DNA of 61,995 nt, filler included, from Kipferlia bialata (Eukaryota): assembly GCA_003568945.1 (NCBI GenBank). It is 5 parts of 5 records of this genome, joined end to end, with 100 filler letters (N's around TTAATTAATTAA, not from the genome) between each part and the next. Parts side by side here need not be neighbours in the genome. Positions count along the whole stretch, not along the records: positions 53,191 to 61,995 come from BDIP01000845.1; 4 more parts are not named here. One strand, written 5' to 3'. Each line of letters starts with the position of its first letter. Position 1 is the first letter of the stretch. The translations under genes and the position numbers were made by a program. Under the pieces are notes generated by a model, which saw only the letters and a program-made list of their open reading frames with translations, had not been told where the DNA came from and ran no database searches. Shown here in pieces: positions 59,801 through 61,995 of this stretch.

Positions 59801-61550
59801 GAGAGGGTATTCCTACACGGTGGTCGCAGCTGGCTTGGATGTCACTGAGTGTGAGCTGGACGTACCTGATAGTCCTGTGGTGGCTGGGACCCCAGTCTCT
59901 GTTGCAGTGGGTCTCTATGATGCGTATGGGAACGCTAAGGGAGAGGAGACCGTCTCGGTGTCCTTCACTGCTCCTGGAGAGTCCCCCGTCTCCTTCTCTG
60001 CCACCTATGATGAGAGGGAGGAGGAGTACTACGCGGACACCACTGATGCCGTCCACAACACACCCGGTGTCTACTCGGTGAGTGCTGTGGTGGGTAGTGA
60101 CCCATCCTTCCTGACTGACAGTGTCACAGTCATCGTAGGTGCCCCAGACGCAGTGGAGTCCTCCCTCGACCTTCCCGCCTCTGACGTTGTGGCTGGTACT
60201 CCATTCTCGGTTGGGGCTACCCTACGCGACGCGTGTGGTAACCTGATCACAGCCGAGAAGACTCTCTCTGTGCAGCTCTCATACGATGTGTCCGGTGTTC
60301 CCACAGGGGTTGACGAGACCGAGATGGTCTTCGACTCTCCCACCTCTACATACTCCTTCTCCAAGGTGTACACCGTCGCAACCCTGTGGCAGAGCGCCTT
60401 CTTCCTGGTCGAGGGCGGCACTAGGACACTCCTGGCCAACGGTGACAATGTCTACGTAGTGCCTGCCGCAGCCGCAGCTACTAAGAGCACCATGTCTGTG
60501 CCCCAGGGGGAGCAGGAGGCAGGGACCTCCTTCGATGTCACTCTCTCCCTCCGTGATGAGTATCGGAACAAGATATCCCAGGACACTGTCACTGTCAGCT
60601 TTACTCCTGCAAGTGGTGCACCAGTCCCTGTGCCTGCTGTGTACAGTGCAGTTACTGGTCTCTACACTGCCACTAGCCTCGCTTCTGTCCACAACACTGC
60701 AGGTGTGTACACTGTGGAGGCGACTGTTAGTGGGGTCCATGCCTTTGCCACTGACACTGTCTCTGTCAAGGCCGCCCCTGCTGACCCTGTCTCTAGTACT
60801 GTTACGCCCACAACCAGCACCAGACCCCGCAGAAGCAGGAGCAGTGTCTTCTCTGTTGCAGTCCAGGTATACTCTATATCTTATACTACTAGTCGCAGTC
60901 CAGCTACACACTCCCCGAACTCTCTCTCTTCCACCTCTTTTCACTCACCCATCCAGGACAGCTATGGAAACCCCGTGACCTCTACTGTGTCAGCATCGAA
61001 GGCTGTTAGCAGTGTAGTTGTGTCTGTGGAGGGCGATGGCTGGATGTCGTCTGGTGTAGCTATGTACGATGCTGCTACCTCTCTCTACATGGCTGATGTC
61101 ACAATGGAGGGCTCAGGCACCGCCCGTGTCTTCCTCACCATCGATGGTGTACGTGCCCAGCATGGTACCCTAGATGTCGCCCGTTCCTACTTCTCCATTG
61201 TCTTAGTTATCGTGTGTCTCGCGGCCCTTGTTGCCGCAGCTGTTGTGGGTATCTGCTTCTGGCGCCAGATAGTGGCATGGGTACAGGGGGACAGGAAGAC
61301 GGAGGAGTCCAAGGCTGACTGTACCATACCCCAGGCGGGTGAGTCCCTCCCCCAGCCCCTGCCTGTGCTTGTGGTGCCTGTGGAGCAGATCGACCCCATG
61401 CCCATGGCTATGCTCCCCACCACATCCACAGTCGCCCTCATGCCTATGGCCACCGACCAGGTGGAGCTGGAGGTCGGAGAGAGTCATGGAGATGATGAGT
61501 CCTCCTGTGGTATCCCAGTTTCTACCTCAGACCCCAGCAACCTGGTGTGA
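56837..61550 (+). CDS. Large Ser/Thr-rich type I surface protein with about 9 Ig-like (filamin/invasin-type) DxYGN repeats
   Basis: Hydrophobic N-terminus; repeats LSDIDGN, LVDEYGN, LCDSQGN, LVDAYGN, LRDAYGN, LYDAYGN, LRDACGN, LRDEYRN, QDSYGN; TM IVLVIVCLAALVAAAVVGICFW; introns near 58355-58424 and 60867-60956. Confidence 0.8.
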
Positions 61551-61995
61551 GGGTCAAGTTACCATTTCACTCGCGATTTGCATCTGTGCTCAATGGCAGA
61601 TGTGGTCGCAAGTATTGTATGGAATATTGTATGAATAGATTGTATGTATGAGTGTAGGCATTGGGCAGGCGATACTGATCCATTCATACTAGGCCTAGTG
61701 GAACTGTTGGGTGAATTGTGTACACATGGTTCACCACCATTTGGTGGGCTTTACGCATGTTGGGATGCCCTGAAATACATGTGTATTTGTATCTCGTTTG
61801 GCGCCGGCGGGACCTTACCGCGTAGTCAGTAACAGGACAGTAGTGAGAATCCTAGATATAGTCTAAGGGACACGACATAATGGGCTGAGTATGGGAGGTG
61901 CTAGAGCACATCAGACGTCGAGTGGTATGATGGGTGTGGTAGTTGATCAACTACCAGCTGACGGTACGAACCCCGGTGTGCGCACACCAACTGGT

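Noticed and set aside
43269..61487. Many antisense and alternate-frame ORFs over the two large surface-protein genes
   Set aside because: Expected shadows of biased codon usage; no motifs.

Overview
Intron-rich unicellular eukaryote DNA. Short GT-AG introns with a branch point almost fused to the acceptor (CTCAC/CTGAC/CTAAC + CCCCAG), abundant (GA)n/(TA)n tracts and the gene content suggest a free-living fornicate such as Kipferlia (inference only). The window is not contiguous: four artificial N-TTAATTAATTAA-N linkers join five scaffolds, and there are three internal N gaps. Recognisable genes, spliced by hand: class I glutamine amidotransferase, calpain, LpxH/YbbF-like metallophosphoesterase, a WDR17-like C-terminus, ASCH protein, DNA polymerase delta small subunit, a DUF4470-type protein, a Tc1/IS630-like HTH protein, RRP6, a large GAIN/GPS single-pass protein, an ASF1-like fold protein, a C2+Dilute protein and an Ig/filamin-like DxYGN-repeat surface protein. 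The most striking signal is 'exon echoes'. Introns and 3' flanks of several genes hold truncated copies of the adjacent exon: 5' halves upstream, 3' halves downstream. These differ from the intact exon mostly at synonymous codon positions, although they apparently cannot be spliced in frame. All exon boundaries are manual and approximate.
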